DNA of 64,000 nt, from assembly GCF_056746865.1 (NCBI RefSeq), contig NZ_CM163382.1; one strand, given 5' to 3'. Positions 43,854 to 56,280 of the stretch are shown here, piece after piece (within the stretch, counting starts at the first letter, position 1; each line of letters starts with the position of its first letter). Made by a program: the position numbers and the translations under genes. The notes under the pieces are model-generated. The model ran no database searches, had not been told where the DNA came from, and saw only the letters and a program-made list of their open reading frames with translations.

Positions 43854-45065
43854 GTGAAAAACAGAACTCTGGGAAGTGTTTTTATCGTGGCGGGAACCAC
43901 AATTGGCGCAGGCATGCTGGCAATGCCGCTGGCTGCGGCCGGTGTTGGTTTTAGCGTTACGTTAATCTTGTTGATTGGGCTTTGGGCGTTGATGTGCTAC
44001 ACGGCGCTATTACTGCTGGAGGTGTACCAGCATGTTCCGGCAGATACCGGTCTTGGCACGCTGGCAAAACGCTATCTGGGACGCTACGGTCAGTGGCTGA
44101 CGGGCTTCAGTATGATGTTCTTAATGTATGCTCTGACTGCGGCATACATCAGCGGTGCCGGTGAATTGTTGGCCTCCAGCATCAGCGACTGGACAGGTAT
44201 TTCAATGTCGGCAACCGCTGGCGTGCTGTTGTTCACTTTTGTTGCTGGTGGCGTGGTTTGTGTCGGGACATCGCTGGTCGATTTGTTTAACCGTTTTCTG
44301 TTCAGCGCCAAAATTATTTTTCTGGTGGTGATGCTGGTATTGCTGCTACCGCATATTCACAAAGTGAATCTTTTAACCCTGCCGTTGCAACAGGGGCTGG
44401 CTCTGTCCGCAATCCCGGTGATTTTTACCTCGTTTGGTTTTCACGGTAGCGTGCCGAGTATTGTCAGCTATATGGATGGCAACGTTCGTAAGCTACGCTG
44501 GGTGTTTATAACCGGTAGTGCTATCCCCCTGGTGGCATATATTTTCTGGCAGGTGGCAACGCTTGGCAGCATTGATTCAACAACCTTTATGGGATTGCTG
44601 GCTAATCATGCTGGATTAAACGGGCTGTTACAGGCGTTACGCGAAATGGTGGCCTCTCCGCATGTTGAGCTGGCAGTGCATTTATTTGCTGATTTAGCCC
44701 TCGCCACGTCATTTCTCGGCGTTGCGTTAGGCTTATTTGATTATCTGGCTGATTTGTTTCAGCGTTCAAATACCGTTGGTGGACGATTGCAAACTGGTGC
44801 AATTACCTTTCTGCCGCCGTTGGCGTTTGCACTGTTTTATCCACGAGGATTTGTGATGGCGCTGGGTTACGCCGGTGTGGCGCTGGCGGTACTGGCATTG
44901 ATTATCCCTTCACTATTGACCTGGCAAAGCAGAAAGCACAATCCTCAGGCGGGTTACCGGGTGAAAGGTGGTCGTCCGGCGCTGGTGGTGGTGTTTCTCT
45001 GTGGTATTGCTGTGATTGGCGTGCAATTTTTGATTGCGGCAGGGTTGTTACCAGAAGTGGGGTGA
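43854..45065 (+). CDS. tyrP: Tyrosine-specific transport protein TyrP (403 aa), GTG start
   Basis: ORF 43854..45065; polytopic membrane protein of the aromatic amino acid permease family. Confidence 0.95.
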   Translation: MKNRTLGSVFIVAGTTIGAGMLAMPLAAAGVGFSVTLILLIGLWALMCYTALLLLEVYQHVPADTGLGTLAKRYLGRYGQWLTGFSMMFLMYALTAAYISGAGELLASSISDWTGISMSATAGVLLFTFVAGGVVCVGTSLVDLFNRFLFSAKIIFLVVMLVLLLPHIHKVNLLTLPLQQGLALSAIPVIFTSFGFHGSVPSIVSYMDGNVRKLRWVFITGSAIPLVAYIFWQVATLGSIDSTTFMGLLANHAGLNGLLQALREMVASPHVELAVHLFADLALATSFLGVALGLFDYLADLFQRSNTVGGRLQTGAITFLPPLAFALFYPRGFVMALGYAGVALAVLALIIPSLLTWQSRKHNPQAGYRVKGGRPALVVVFLCGIAVIGVQFLIAAGLLPEVG

Positions 45066-45126
45066 TCAGATAGCCTCAAATTCCTTATTGGGTGCCAGAA
45101 TTAACGCTGACACCCAATTTGACTTC

Positions 45127-45792
45127 TTAATGCAGGCAGCACTGCTTAAATTTCTTACCACTGCCGCACGGACAAGGATCGTTACGCCCCGGTTTCTCTT
45201 CTGCTTTGATCGGTTGCTGAACAGCTTTTTCCTGCGGATGCGCCATCCAGTATGCATGTAAATCAAGCGCCGCCAGTCGAATGGCATCTACGCTCTCTTC
45301 AAACGCTTCTGGCGACATCTTCTCTACCCGCTCGAAGTTGTCCTCAGTACCGTGCAGCGCTATCGCCTCCAGCGCTGGTTTTAACGAATCGGGCAATGTT
45401 GACCAGTCAGAAAGTGCCACGCCCCGCATATAGCCAAAGCACCACTCCTCAACAATCGTCAGCTCGCTGCCATCAACTTCTCGCAAGCCGAATAGCGGCT
45501 CAAACTGCTCCGGGAATTCGTTCAGACGCTCTGCGGTATCGGCCATATGTTGAAAGGCCAGGTTCATAAAGCGTGTCATCTCTTTCTCAGACGCCCAGCG
45601 CGGCACATAGTCAGCCCCACCCCACACGGCAACCAGCCACTGTGCCGGTTCAATCTCTTGCGGAGAACTCAACACCGCCGTCAATAAACCGTCCAGCTCC
45701 GCCACATCAAGGATGGCGTGGTCAGTGTTGTATTTGGTCAGAATATCGTCCAGCCATTCCAACTCACTTTCGTTTAACGGTCCCGTTTTCAT
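45127..45792 (-). CDS. yecA: YecA, UPF0149 protein with C-terminal SEC-C zinc motif (221 aa)
   Basis: ORF 45127..45792; C-terminal [13 protein letters not shown]. Confidence 0.92.
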   Translation of the reverse strand: MKTGPLNESELEWLDDILTKYNTDHAILDVAELDGLLTAVLSSPQEIEPAQWLVAVWGGADYVPRWASEKEMTRFMNLAFQHMADTAERLNEFPEQFEPLFGLREVDGSELTIVEEWCFGYMRGVALSDWSTLPDSLKPALEAIALHGTEDNFERVEKMSPEAFEESVDAIRLAALDLHAYWMAHPQEKAVQQPIKAEEKPGRNDPCPCGSGKKFKQCCLH

Positions 45793-45918
45793 ACGCTTTT
45801 CCTTGTGGATCTCAACTCGCCAGCACCTATCTTACATGCCGGTCCGTATCAGAGATACTTTTTGAGTGGCTTTGCCGGTGATTAAAAATTAAGGAGGGTG
45901 TAACGACAAGTTGCAGGC

Positions 45919-45941
45919 ACAAAAAAACCACCCGAAGGTGG
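45919..45941 (-). terminator. Rho-independent terminator of the glyW-cysT-leuZ tRNA operon
   Basis: Minus strand: ccacc-ttcg-ggtgg followed by U7, about 45 nt after the leuZ 3' end. Confidence 0.75.
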
Positions 45942-45986
45942 TTTCACGACACTGCTTATTGCTTTGATTTTATTCTTATCTTTCCC

Positions 45987-46073
45987 ATGGTACCCGGAGC
46001 GGGACTTGAACCCGCACAGCGCGAACGCCGAGGGATTTTAAATCCCTTGTGTCTACCGATTCCACCATCCGGG
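45987..46073 (-). tRNA. leuZ: tRNA-Leu (anticodon UAA), 87 nt
   Basis: Reverse complement matches GCCCGGATGGTGGAATCGGTAGACACAAGGGATTTAAAATCCC...GGGTACCA with encoded CCA; coordinates within about 1 nt. Confidence 0.95.
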
Positions 46074-46085
46074 CTCGGGAAGAAA

Positions 46086-46159
46086 GTGGAGGCGCGTTCC
46101 GGAGTCGAACCGGACTAGACGGATTTGCAATCCGCTACATAACCGCTTTGTTAACGCGC
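46086..46159 (-). tRNA. cysT: tRNA-Cys (anticodon GCA), 74 nt
   Basis: Reverse complement GGCGCGTTAACAAAGCGGTTATGTAGCGGATTGCAAATCCGTCTAGTCCGGTTCGACTCCGGAACGCGCCTCCA. Confidence 0.95.
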
Positions 46160-46212
46160 CAAATTCTTCAGGCCTTTCAGCCAGACATCCGCTGACGCCG
46201 ATGTCTTTTAAA

Positions 46213-46289
<77 letters not shown>

Positions 46290-46440
46290 ATTCATCAAGC
46301 AATCAGTTAATCACTTGATTTTATTATCGTCTGGCAATCAGTGCCGCCGTTCGATGCGTTGCATTCTACTTACCTGGCGCGATGAGTCAACGATATTTTT
46401 CACCACTTTTGATCGTTTGCTGAAAATTGCGCCGAAACGA

Positions 46441-46989
46441 TCACTGATCAAGCAAATCTGCACGCGCAGCGCTCAAATATTGCAACATTGACCACAGAGT
46501 CAGTACCGCAGCCACAAAGAAAAGTGCAATACCGGCGTACTCAACCCAAATGTTCGGACGCCACAGCAGCCAGGCCAACGCCACCATCTGGGCAGTGGTT
46601 TTCACTTTCCCAATCCAGGAGACAGCCACGCTACTGCGTTTACCCAACTCCGCCATCCATTCGCGTAGCGCAGAAATAATAATTTCACGGGCGATCATCG
46701 TTGCCGCCGGTAAGGTCACCCACCAGCTGTGATAATGCTCGGTTACCAGCACCATGGCGATAGCCACGAGAACTTTATCTGCTACAGGGTCAAGGAAAGC
46801 ACCAAACCGGGTACTCTGGTTCCAGCGGCGTGCCAGAAAACCATCGAACCAGTCAGTTACCGCCGCGACGCAGAAAATGAGCGCGGCGGCAAACGGCGAC
46901 CAGGTGACAGGCAGATAAAAGACCAATACAAAGAATGGGATAAGGATGACACGGAACAGTGTAAGCAACGTAGGGATATTAAATTGCAT
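46441..46989 (-). CDS. pgsA: CDP-diacylglycerol--glycerol-3-phosphate 3-phosphatidyltransferase PgsA (182 aa)
   Basis: ORF 46441..46989; CDP-alcohol phosphatidyltransferase motif ([10 protein letters not shown]...[10 protein letters not shown]). Confidence 0.96.
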
Positions 46990-47045
46990 AATGACGGGTA
47001 ACTATCTGTTGTCAGTAAGATTACCCCTATGTTGCTACAGAGACA

Positions 47046-48878
47046 TCAATGTTTCAACGACCAGAAGATCTTTTCTGCCAGACCTTGCGAAATACCCGGC
47101 ACTTTTGCAATTTCCTCGACGCTGGCGTTACGTAAACCTTGCAAACCGCCCATATATTTCAACAACATTTGCCGGCGTTTTGGCCCGACGCCTTCAATGG
47201 TTTCCAGGGAACTGGTATTTTTGACCTTCGCCCGTTTTTTACGGTGCCCGCCAATCGCGTGATCGTGTGATTCATCGCGAATATGCTGGATAACATGCAG
47301 CGCGGGAGAATCTGGCGGCAAACTGAATCCCTCACCTTCCGGCTCAAAGAACAGCGTTTCCAGCCCAGCCTTACGATCTACTCCTTTGGCAACGCCAAGT
47401 AGCAGCGGATGATTTTTATCCCATGAGACATCCAGTTCGGCGAAGACATTTTTCGCCTGCGCAAGCTGGCCTTTGCCGCCGTCGATAAGTATCACATCCG
47501 GGATCTTACTGTCGTCGATGGCTTTACCATAACGCCGACGCAGCACCTGATTCATCGCCGCATAATCATCGCCCGGCGTGATGCCAGTAATGTTATAGCG
47601 CCGATACTCCGCACGCAGCGGGCCGTTAGCATCAAACACCACACAGGAAGCGACGGTTTGTTCACCCATGGTATGGCTGATGTCAAAGCACTCCATCCGC
47701 TTCACTTCCGGCAATTTCAACACACTGGCAAGTGCTGTAAGCCGCTGGTGAACGGTAGATTGCTGCGAAAGTTTGCTGGTTAAGGCCGTCGCCGCATTGG
47801 TGCGCGCGAGTTTCAGATAACGCGCCCGATCGCCGCGAGGTTTGGTTTGAACATTAATCTTGCGTCCCGCCAGTTCTGAAAGGGAATCGGCGAGCAGCGT
47901 TTTATCGCTAAGATTAAAATCGAGCAGGATCTCACCCGGTAAGGTGCGCATCTGGCTGCCTTGTAAATAGAACTGACCTACGAAGGTTTCTACCACCTCG
48001 CTCAGTTCCGTACCGCCAGGCACTTTCGGGAAATAGCTGCGGCTGCCGAGCACTTTGCCCTGACGAATGAACAATACGTGGACACAAGCCATGCCCGCAT
48101 CGAACGCCACACCAATAACGTCGAGGTCGTCGCCGGTATTGGAAACGAATTGTTTTTCGGTGACGCGTCGCACCGCCTGAATTTGGTCGCGAATACGTGC
48201 CGCTTCTTCAAACTCCAGATTCTGGCTGGCAGTTTCCATACGACTAATGAGTTGCGTAAGCACCTGATCATCTTTGCCAGACAAAAACAGGCGCACATAC
48301 TCGACCTGCTGAGCGTATTCTTCTTCACTCACCAGTCCTTCAACGCACGGTCCCAGACAGCGCCCTATCTGATATTGCAGACACGGACGCGAGCGATTGC
48401 GATAAACACTATTTTCGCACTGGCGAATGGGGAAAATCTTTTGCAGTAGCGCCAGTGTTTCACGTACGGCATAGCCATTCGGGAACGGGCCGAAATATTC
48501 ACCTTTGGCATGCTTCGCACCACGATGCATCGCCAGACGCGGGTGGGTATCGCCACTCAGGAAGATAAAAGGATAAGATTTATCATCGCGTAGCAAAACG
48601 TTGTAACGCGGCTGATAGAGTTTGATGTAGTTGTGTTCCAGCAACAGCGCTTCGGTTTCTGTATGAGTAACCGTTACATCAATTTGCTGGATCTGGGCGA
48701 CCAGCGCTTCGGTTTTGCGCGAAGCGAGGTTGCTACGGAAATAGCTGGAAAGCCGTTTTTTCAGGTCTTTCGCTTTGCCGACATAGATAACCGTACCACC
48801 AGCATCGTACATGCGATAAACGCCTGGCTGGCTGGTTACGGTTTTTAAAAACGCTTTTGCGTCAAACTGATCACTCAC
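47046..48878 (-). CDS. uvrC: Excinuclease ABC subunit C UvrC (610 aa)
   Basis: ORF 47046..48878; GIY-YIG N-terminus ([18 protein letters not shown]). Confidence 0.97.
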   Translation of the reverse strand: MSDQFDAKAFLKTVTSQPGVYRMYDAGGTVIYVGKAKDLKKRLSSYFRSNLASRKTEALVAQIQQIDVTVTHTETEALLLEHNYIKLYQPRYNVLLRDDKSYPFIFLSGDTHPRLAMHRGAKHAKGEYFGPFPNGYAVRETLALLQKIFPIRQCENSVYRNRSRPCLQYQIGRCLGPCVEGLVSEEEYAQQVEYVRLFLSGKDDQVLTQLISRMETASQNLEFEEAARIRDQIQAVRRVTEKQFVSNTGDDLDVIGVAFDAGMACVHVLFIRQGKVLGSRSYFPKVPGGTELSEVVETFVGQFYLQGSQMRTLPGEILLDFNLSDKTLLADSLSELAGRKINVQTKPRGDRARYLKLARTNAATALTSKLSQQSTVHQRLTALASVLKLPEVKRMECFDISHTMGEQTVASCVVFDANGPLRAEYRRYNITGITPGDDYAAMNQVLRRRYGKAIDDSKIPDVILIDGGKGQLAQAKNVFAELDVSWDKNHPLLLGVAKGVDRKAGLETLFFEPEGEGFSLPPDSPALHVIQHIRDESHDHAIGGHRKKRAKVKNTSSLETIEGVGPKRRQMLLKYMGGLQGLRNASVEEIAKVPGISQGLAEKIFWSLKH

Positions 48879-49531
48879 TGACTTGATAATGTCTCCGCAT
48901 TACACAGACCATGGCGAATTGCCAGGTGAGTCAGCTCAACATCGCCATGAATGTTTAGTTTACTGAACATACGATAGCGGTAGCTGTTCACCGTTTTCGG
49001 ACTGAGATTGAGCTGTTCTGAGATCTCATTGACCTTCTGGCCCTTGGTGATCATCAGCATAATCTGCAATTCACGTTCAGACAAACTGGCAAATGGGCTT
49101 TCTGTTTTTTCTGGTTCGATCTGGCTTAACGCCATTTGTTGAGCGATGTCAGAAGCAATGTAACGCTGCCCTGAATAGACAGAACGAATCGCACTCACGA
49201 CTTCCTGCGGAGCCGCGCCTTTGCTGAGGTAGCCCGCAGCACCGGCCTGCATGACTTTCGCTGGTAAAGGGTTTTCTGTATGGACGGTAAGCATGATGAT
49301 TTTGACATCAGCTGTGGAACGCGCGATTTTACGCGTCGCCTCAAGACCGCCAATGCCCGGCATACTCATGTCCATTAGCACCACGTCAACGGCATTTGCC
49401 CGACACCACTTAACGGCGTCTTCACCGCACGATGCCTCACCGACGACTTTTATACCCTTTATATCTTCCAGAATGCGTCGTATCCCTGCGCGCACCAGTT
49501 CGTGGTCATCAACAAGTAGAACGTTGATCAA
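48875..49531 (-). CDS. uvrY: Two-component response regulator UvrY (BarA partner; 218 aa)
   Basis: ORF 48875..49531; receiver domain plus LuxR-type HTH; stop overlaps the uvrC start. Confidence 0.97.
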   Translation of the reverse strand: MINVLLVDDHELVRAGIRRILEDIKGIKVVGEASCGEDAVKWCRANAVDVVLMDMSMPGIGGLEATRKIARSTADVKIIMLTVHTENPLPAKVMQAGAAGYLSKGAAPQEVVSAIRSVYSGQRYIASDIAQQMALSQIEPEKTESPFASLSERELQIMLMITKGQKVNEISEQLNLSPKTVNSYRYRMFSKLNIHGDVELTHLAIRHGLCNAETLSSQ

Positions 49532-49989
49532 AGGAATATCTCCAGAAATAGGGATAACGCTACTGATAGTTAGTCATTCGTATATTAGCGGTTTTTATTG
49601 CAACTTTGAAACGTTAAAAATGGTGGGTATTCGATTTTTCTCTCGTTTTTGTCAATTCGATTGTCCACAGTTATGGTCACGCCCGTCACCAACGGCTTAC
49701 CGGATCGTTTCACAGTAAGCCCTGCGACGAAATGTGACAAAAATTACCTTTATTCAGCAAAAATGAAAATCAGCCCGCTGAATATGTAACATTAATTAAC
49801 CCGAACAATACGGGCAAAAAACATTCATGATAAAAATATTTATTGGTCATTATATTAACGCATTTAATAGCACCGTTGACGATACGCTCAAAAAACAACC
49901 ACTGCTATTTTTAGCAAAGCTTATGGTATACTCCGCCGCCTTAACATTTTTCACCGCAAATTTTCATTGCAACATGACGAGGAAAATAA

Positions 49990-50214
49990 ATGAGTACGCC
50001 TGATTTTTCTACTGCCGAGAATAATCAAGAACTGGCAAATGAAGTCTCCTGCCTGAAAGCGATGCTGACGCTGATGCTGCAGGCGATGGGACAAGCTGAC
50101 GCGGGCCGCGTGATGTTAAAGATGGAAAAACAGCTTGCGCTGATCGAAGACGAAACCCAGGCTGCAGTATTTTCCAAAACGGTTAAGCAAATTAAACAAG
50201 CCTACCGTCAGTAA
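49990..50214 (+). CDS. yecF: DUF2594 family protein YecF (74 aa)
   Basis: ORF 49990..50214. Confidence 0.85.
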
Positions 50215-50217
50215 TAT

Positions 50218-50255
50218 AAAACCGGCTGATAGCGTGCCTTTCAGCCGGTTTTTGC
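50218..50255 (+). terminator. Rho-independent terminator between convergent yecF and sdiA
   Basis: aaaccggctga-N12-tcagccggttt followed by TT. Confidence 0.7.
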
Positions 50256-50281
50256 ATCTGGCACGCAGGACAGAAAAGAGA

Positions 50282-51004
50282 TCAAATTAAGCCAGTAGCG
50301 GCCGCGTAACAGGCAACCTGGGTCTTATTCGGTGCATTGATTTTTTTCTGCATGTTTTTCTGATGGAAATTGACCGTATTCTCAGAGATTGACAAAATCA
50401 TCGCTATCTCTGCTGATGTCTTCCCTTCCGCCGTCCATTTCAAAATTTCTTTTTCGCGCTTGCTGAAATTCATCTCTGGCGTCATCACTATTTCATCATT
50501 TAAACGCATCAGAGCCATCAGACTTTCGCGCACCAGTAACTGCATTTTTAATTGCAGTTCATCACTAAGAATGGGTATTTCGCGCGCGCTGCTACGGGAA
50601 AAGGACAAAAAGCCCAGCGCCCGGTTTGGCAGCATTAAATACTGAGTGACACCGCGGCGTAAACCATGTGCGCGCGCGGCTTCCCATAACGGCTGTGCTT
50701 CGCTGAATAAGTCATCATTCCACATTAAATGGCCCTGACTAAAGTTTTCAGGGTTCAGCACCGGATCAATTGCGAGAAAGTTTTTTGCCTGATAATAACT
50801 AACCCACGCCTCAGGGTAATTGGTGTAGAAAGCCACTTTAGGTCGCGTGAATGGTACCGGGTGGCGAACACATAACGAATAGTAATCGTACTCCAGCTGC
50901 TGAGCCTGAAGCTCTATTTCATGGTAGACCTCTTCTGCGGCCTCCATCCTCTGAAAACGCAACAGCATCGTGCGACGCCAGCTGAAAAAATCCGTATCCT
51001 GCAT
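50282..51004 (-). CDS. sdiA: LuxR-family quorum-sensing (AHL-responsive) regulator SdiA (240 aa)
   Basis: ORF 50282..51016; start set at MQDTDFFSWRRTMLLRFQ. Confidence 0.95.
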   Translation of the reverse strand: MQDTDFFSWRRTMLLRFQRMEAAEEVYHEIELQAQQLEYDYYSLCVRHPVPFTRPKVAFYTNYPEAWVSYYQAKNFLAIDPVLNPENFSQGHLMWNDDLFSEAQPLWEAARAHGLRRGVTQYLMLPNRALGFLSFSRSSAREIPILSDELQLKMQLLVRESLMALMRLNDEIVMTPEMNFSKREKEILKWTAEGKTSAEIAMILSISENTVNFHQKNMQKKINAPNKTQVACYAAATGLI

Positions 51005-51233
51005 AGTAAACCGCAACGCCCCTGAGAGTGAGTATCATTTATAATGATAATTCAAACTATCACATAAATAAGATTTATATATAATTTATATTATTCAGGC
51101 AATGAATTACTTTTGCAAGCCATCGCATTCTCTTATGTTATTAATGAGTTATGCTGATTTGTTAAGCTGTTTTATCACGCTTGAAATGGCGTCCCGCCCC
51201 GACAGGTGAATCGTCGGGGCTGATTTTTTCTTA

Positions 51234-51986
51234 TTATTGCAGCAGAAACTTCTCGAGGAACTGGCGGGTGCGAGGCTGCTGGGGATCGGCAAATAACGCT
51301 TTTGCTGCCCCCTGCTCGACTATCCGCCCCTGGTCCATAAAAATCGCCCGGTCCGCAACATCCCGGGCAAAGCTCATTTCGTGCGTCACAATCACCATCG
51401 TGCGCTTTTCCTGCGCCAGCTGACGGATGGTGTTCAGGACTTCGCCCACCAGCTCTGGATCCAGCGCCGACGTTGGCTCGTCAAACAAAATCACCTCAGG
51501 ACGCATTGCCAGCGCACGTGCAATCGCAACACGTTGCTGTTGACCGCCAGACAAACGACGTGGATAGCTGGTTTCTTTACCGGCCAGCCCAACTTTCGCC
51601 AACAGCTCGCGAGCGCGCGCCGTGGCCTCTTCTTTCGGTTCGCCTTTGACGATCACCGGCCCTTCAATAATGTTTTCCAGCACCGTACGATGCGGAAACA
51701 AATTAAAGTTCTGGAAGACAAACCCGACGTGCTGACGCAACTGGCGAATCAGCGATTTTTGCTGACTTAATGAACGTGCAGTATCAATAGTGATATCGCC
51801 AACGGTGATAGTTCCCGCTTCCGGTTGTTCCAGCAGATTTATGCTGCGTAGCAACGTGGTTTTGCCGGAACCACTCGGACCGATAATTGCCACCACTTCG
51901 CCAGGCTTTACCTCAAGGTCGATACCGTGCAGCACCGTCTGACCGTGAAATTTTTTCACCAGGTTCTTAACTTCAATGGCACTCAT
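51234..51986 (-). CDS. tcyN: L-cystine ABC transporter ATP-binding protein TcyN (YecC; 250 aa)
   Basis: ORF 51234..51986; Walker A GPSGSGKTT, signature LSGGQQQR. Confidence 0.94.
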   Translation of the reverse strand: MSAIEVKNLVKKFHGQTVLHGIDLEVKPGEVVAIIGPSGSGKTTLLRSINLLEQPEAGTITVGDITIDTARSLSQQKSLIRQLRQHVGFVFQNFNLFPHRTVLENIIEGPVIVKGEPKEEATARARELLAKVGLAGKETSYPRRLSGGQQQRVAIARALAMRPEVILFDEPTSALDPELVGEVLNTIRQLAQEKRTMVIVTHEMSFARDVADRAIFMDQGRIVEQGAAKALFADPQQPRTRQFLEKFLLQ

Positions 51987-52651
51987 TTTGGTTCTCTCTC
52001 CTGGCGATTAAGTTGATTCTCAAAATGGTTCTGCAACGTCGATAATACTGTCGCCATGATCCAGTAGATGAGCGAAGCCGCCAGGTACATGGTGAACACC
52101 TCCAGCGTGCGCGAGGTAATCAACTGCGCCTGACGGAACAGCTCCGGCACCTGGATTGTCGCGGCCAGCGACGTATCTTTTACCAGGCTGATAAAGCTGT
52201 TCGACAGCGGCGGCAACGCCACCCGCGCCGCCTGTGGCAAAATCGCGCGACGCATGGTCTGCCACGGCGTCATACCAATACTGGCAGCTGCTTCCCACTG
52301 ACCTTTATCAATAGAAGAAATGGCGGCGCGAAGCGTTTCGGCAGCATAGGCGGCAGTGTTGAGCGACAGACCAATCATTGCTGACGGAATGGGATCTAAT
52401 TCGATACCAAACTGCGGCAGGCCGTAATAAATCATAAACAGTTGTGCGATGAGCGGCGTACCACGAAAAATAGAGATATAAAAACGCGCCAGCCAGCGCA
52501 CGGGCCAGATCGGCGACAGGCGCATCAGCGCGAGAATAAACCCGAGCAGTAAGCCAAAAAACATGCCGCCGATACTGAGTTGCAGCGTATACCCAGCACC
52601 TTTCAGCAGGAACGGCAAGGAATCAATAACCAGTTGTATACTTTCTTGCAT
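51983..52651 (-). CDS. tcyL: L-cystine ABC transporter permease TcyL (YecS; 222 aa)
   Basis: ORF 51983..52651; overlaps the tcyN start. Confidence 0.94.
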   Translation of the reverse strand: MQESIQLVIDSLPFLLKGAGYTLQLSIGGMFFGLLLGFILALMRLSPIWPVRWLARFYISIFRGTPLIAQLFMIYYGLPQFGIELDPIPSAMIGLSLNTAAYAAETLRAAISSIDKGQWEAAASIGMTPWQTMRRAILPQAARVALPPLSNSFISLVKDTSLAATIQVPELFRQAQLITSRTLEVFTMYLAASLIYWIMATVLSTLQNHFENQLNRQEREPK

Positions 52652-52665
52652 GAGCGTTTCCGGAG

Positions 52666-54557
<1,892 letters not shown>

Positions 54558-54644
54558 ATTCACCCCGAATGTTGTTATGTCTGTTTGCAGTGTAGAGCCA
54601 TTGTTTGTAAACACAAAAACAACTCCGCTACATCTTATTCTTAT

Positions 54645-55196
54645 TTAATATATATCAGAAGCAGGCAGGCTGGAGGATTTCTGCACAAGTCCGGTACAGG
54701 TTTGGCGCTGATAGTGTTGATACTTCCGTAATGCGATGCGGTAATTGTTGGTGCTGGTGGTGGGCAGCCACGGGGCGAGGATTTCATCAAGGAAACCGTC
54801 CTGCAGCTGATCGAGGGAAATATTTTGCTCGTGTAGATGATTACCCAAACGGCGCAGACGAACGACATATTCACGCACCGTACCTGGGCTCATTTCAGTT
54901 TGCTCAAAAAGAAATTGCTTAAAGCCGATAATATCGAAAAAATCACTCTGCGTTTTGCAGTGTAAATCACCGCAAAATCGGCACAATGCCGCCCATGACT
55001 GTTGTTCCACTTGCCAGCCATTTTCATCAAGCAGCGTGTCCAGGCGGGTAATCTCGATTTTATTCACTATTTTGCCGTCGCGAACTAAGGTAATGCGATC
55101 GAGTAATTTACGGCAATGCGCGCAATGGGTCTGGCTGTGTTTAAAGTCTTTAAGATAGCGGCTTAATGGCCGTCTTTTCAGGTGCTGCACCATCAT
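54645..55196 (-). CDS. fliZ: Flagellar/RpoS-antagonist regulator FliZ (183 aa)
   Basis: ORF 54645..55232; start set at MMVQHLKRRPLSRYLKDF. Confidence 0.93.
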   Translation of the reverse strand: MMVQHLKRRPLSRYLKDFKHSQTHCAHCRKLLDRITLVRDGKIVNKIEITRLDTLLDENGWQVEQQSWAALCRFCGDLHCKTQSDFFDIIGFKQFLFEQTEMSPGTVREYVVRLRRLGNHLHEQNISLDQLQDGFLDEILAPWLPTTSTNNYRIALRKYQHYQRQTCTGLVQKSSSLPASDIY

Positions 55197-55241
55197 TAAG
55201 AACTCCTGGTAGTCAAAGTTAAAATGCGGCATTTACTGACG

Positions 55242-55961
55242 TTATAACTTACCCAGTTTAGTGCGTAACCGTTTAATGGCCTGGCTGTGTAACTGACTGA
55301 CCCGCGATTCCCCGACCTCCAGCACTGCACCAATCTCTTTGAGATTCAGCTCTTCCTGGTAATAGAGGGTTAATACCAGTTTTTCGCGCTCCGGCAACAT
55401 TTCGATGGCTTCCATCACCCGCTGGCGCAGATTACTGTCCAGCAGTTGTTGTAGCGGGTTTTCTCGCTGATGATCATCAGTAACCAGTTCGATGCTATCG
55501 CCGTGCTCTTCGCGCCACTCATCGTAGGAGAAGAGCTGGCTGTTATTGGTGTCGAGCAACATTTGGCGATAATCGGCTATATCGATCCCTAAACGTTCCG
55601 CTACCTCAGTTTCCGTGGCGTTGCGGCCAAGTTCCTGCTCCAGTTGCCCTATTGCCTGTGCCACTTCACGCGCGTTGCGTCGCACGCTGCGCGGCACCCA
55701 GTCACGGCTGCGAAGTTCATCCAGCATAGCGCCACGGATACGCTGCACTGCGTAAGTTGTAAATGCCGTTCCTTGTAGGGCGTCATAGCGTTCGACGGCA
55801 TTAAGTAACCCAATGCCGCCCGCCTGTAGCAGATCGTCAAGTTCCACGCTCGCGGGCAGTCGAACCTGCAGGCGCAATGCTTCGTGACGCACCAGCGGGA
55901 CATAACGCTGCCACAGCGAGTGTTTATCCATTACACCTTCAGCGGTATAGAGTGAATTCAC
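55242..55961 (-). CDS. fliA: Flagellar sigma factor FliA (sigma-28; 239 aa)
   Basis: ORF 55242..55961; sigma-70 family regions 2 and 4. Confidence 0.97.
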   Translation of the reverse strand: MNSLYTAEGVMDKHSLWQRYVPLVRHEALRLQVRLPASVELDDLLQAGGIGLLNAVERYDALQGTAFTTYAVQRIRGAMLDELRSRDWVPRSVRRNAREVAQAIGQLEQELGRNATETEVAERLGIDIADYRQMLLDTNNSQLFSYDEWREEHGDSIELVTDDHQRENPLQQLLDSNLRQRVMEAIEMLPEREKLVLTLYYQEELNLKEIGAVLEVGESRVSQLHSQAIKRLRTKLGKL

Positions 55962-56083
55962 GATAAACAGCCCTGCGTTATATGAGTTATCGGCATGATT
56001 ATCCGTTTCTGCAGGGTTTTTAATCGGACGATTAGTGGGTGAAATGAGGGGTTATTTGGGGGTTACCGGTAAATTTCATGCAG

Positions 56084-56106
56084 AAAAAACCCCGCCGGTG
56101 GCGGGG
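56084..56106 (-). terminator. Rho-independent terminator of fliC
   Basis: Minus strand: ccccgcc-acc-ggcgggg followed by U6; lies after the REP element in the fliC 3' UTR. Confidence 0.7.
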
Positions 56107-56137
56107 AAGCACCTTGCTGACAAATTGCGCTTTATGT

Positions 56138-56238
56138 TGCCGGATGCGGCGTAAACGCCTTATCTGGCCTACAAAAATGTGCAAATTCAATAAATTGCAA
56201 TTCAACTTGTAGGCCTGATAAGCGCAGCGCATCAGGCA
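56138..56238. repeat. REP/BIME element (two inverted REP units) in the fliC-fliA intergenic region
   Basis: tgccggatgcggcgtaaacgccttatctggcctaca ... tgtaggcctgataagcgcagcgcatcaggca. Confidence 0.8.
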
Positions 56239-56280
56239 ATTTGGCGTTGCCGTCAGTCTCAGTTAATCAGGTTACAACGA

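Larger units (their letters stand above)
56084..56280 (-). ncRNA. fliX: Candidate FliX sRNA (processed from the fliC 3' UTR)
   Basis: A 3' UTR of about 195 nt between the fliC stop and its terminator; FliX has been reported from this position. Boundaries not verifiable from sequence alone. Confidence 0.3.

Noticed and set aside
55987-56013. Sigma-28 promoter for fliA autoregulation
   Set aside because: A good -10 (GCCGATAA, minus strand, 55987-55994) is present but the candidate -35 (TGCAGAAA) is a poor match; fliA is mainly transcribed from a class 2 FlhDC-dependent promoter, so I do not list this as a feature.
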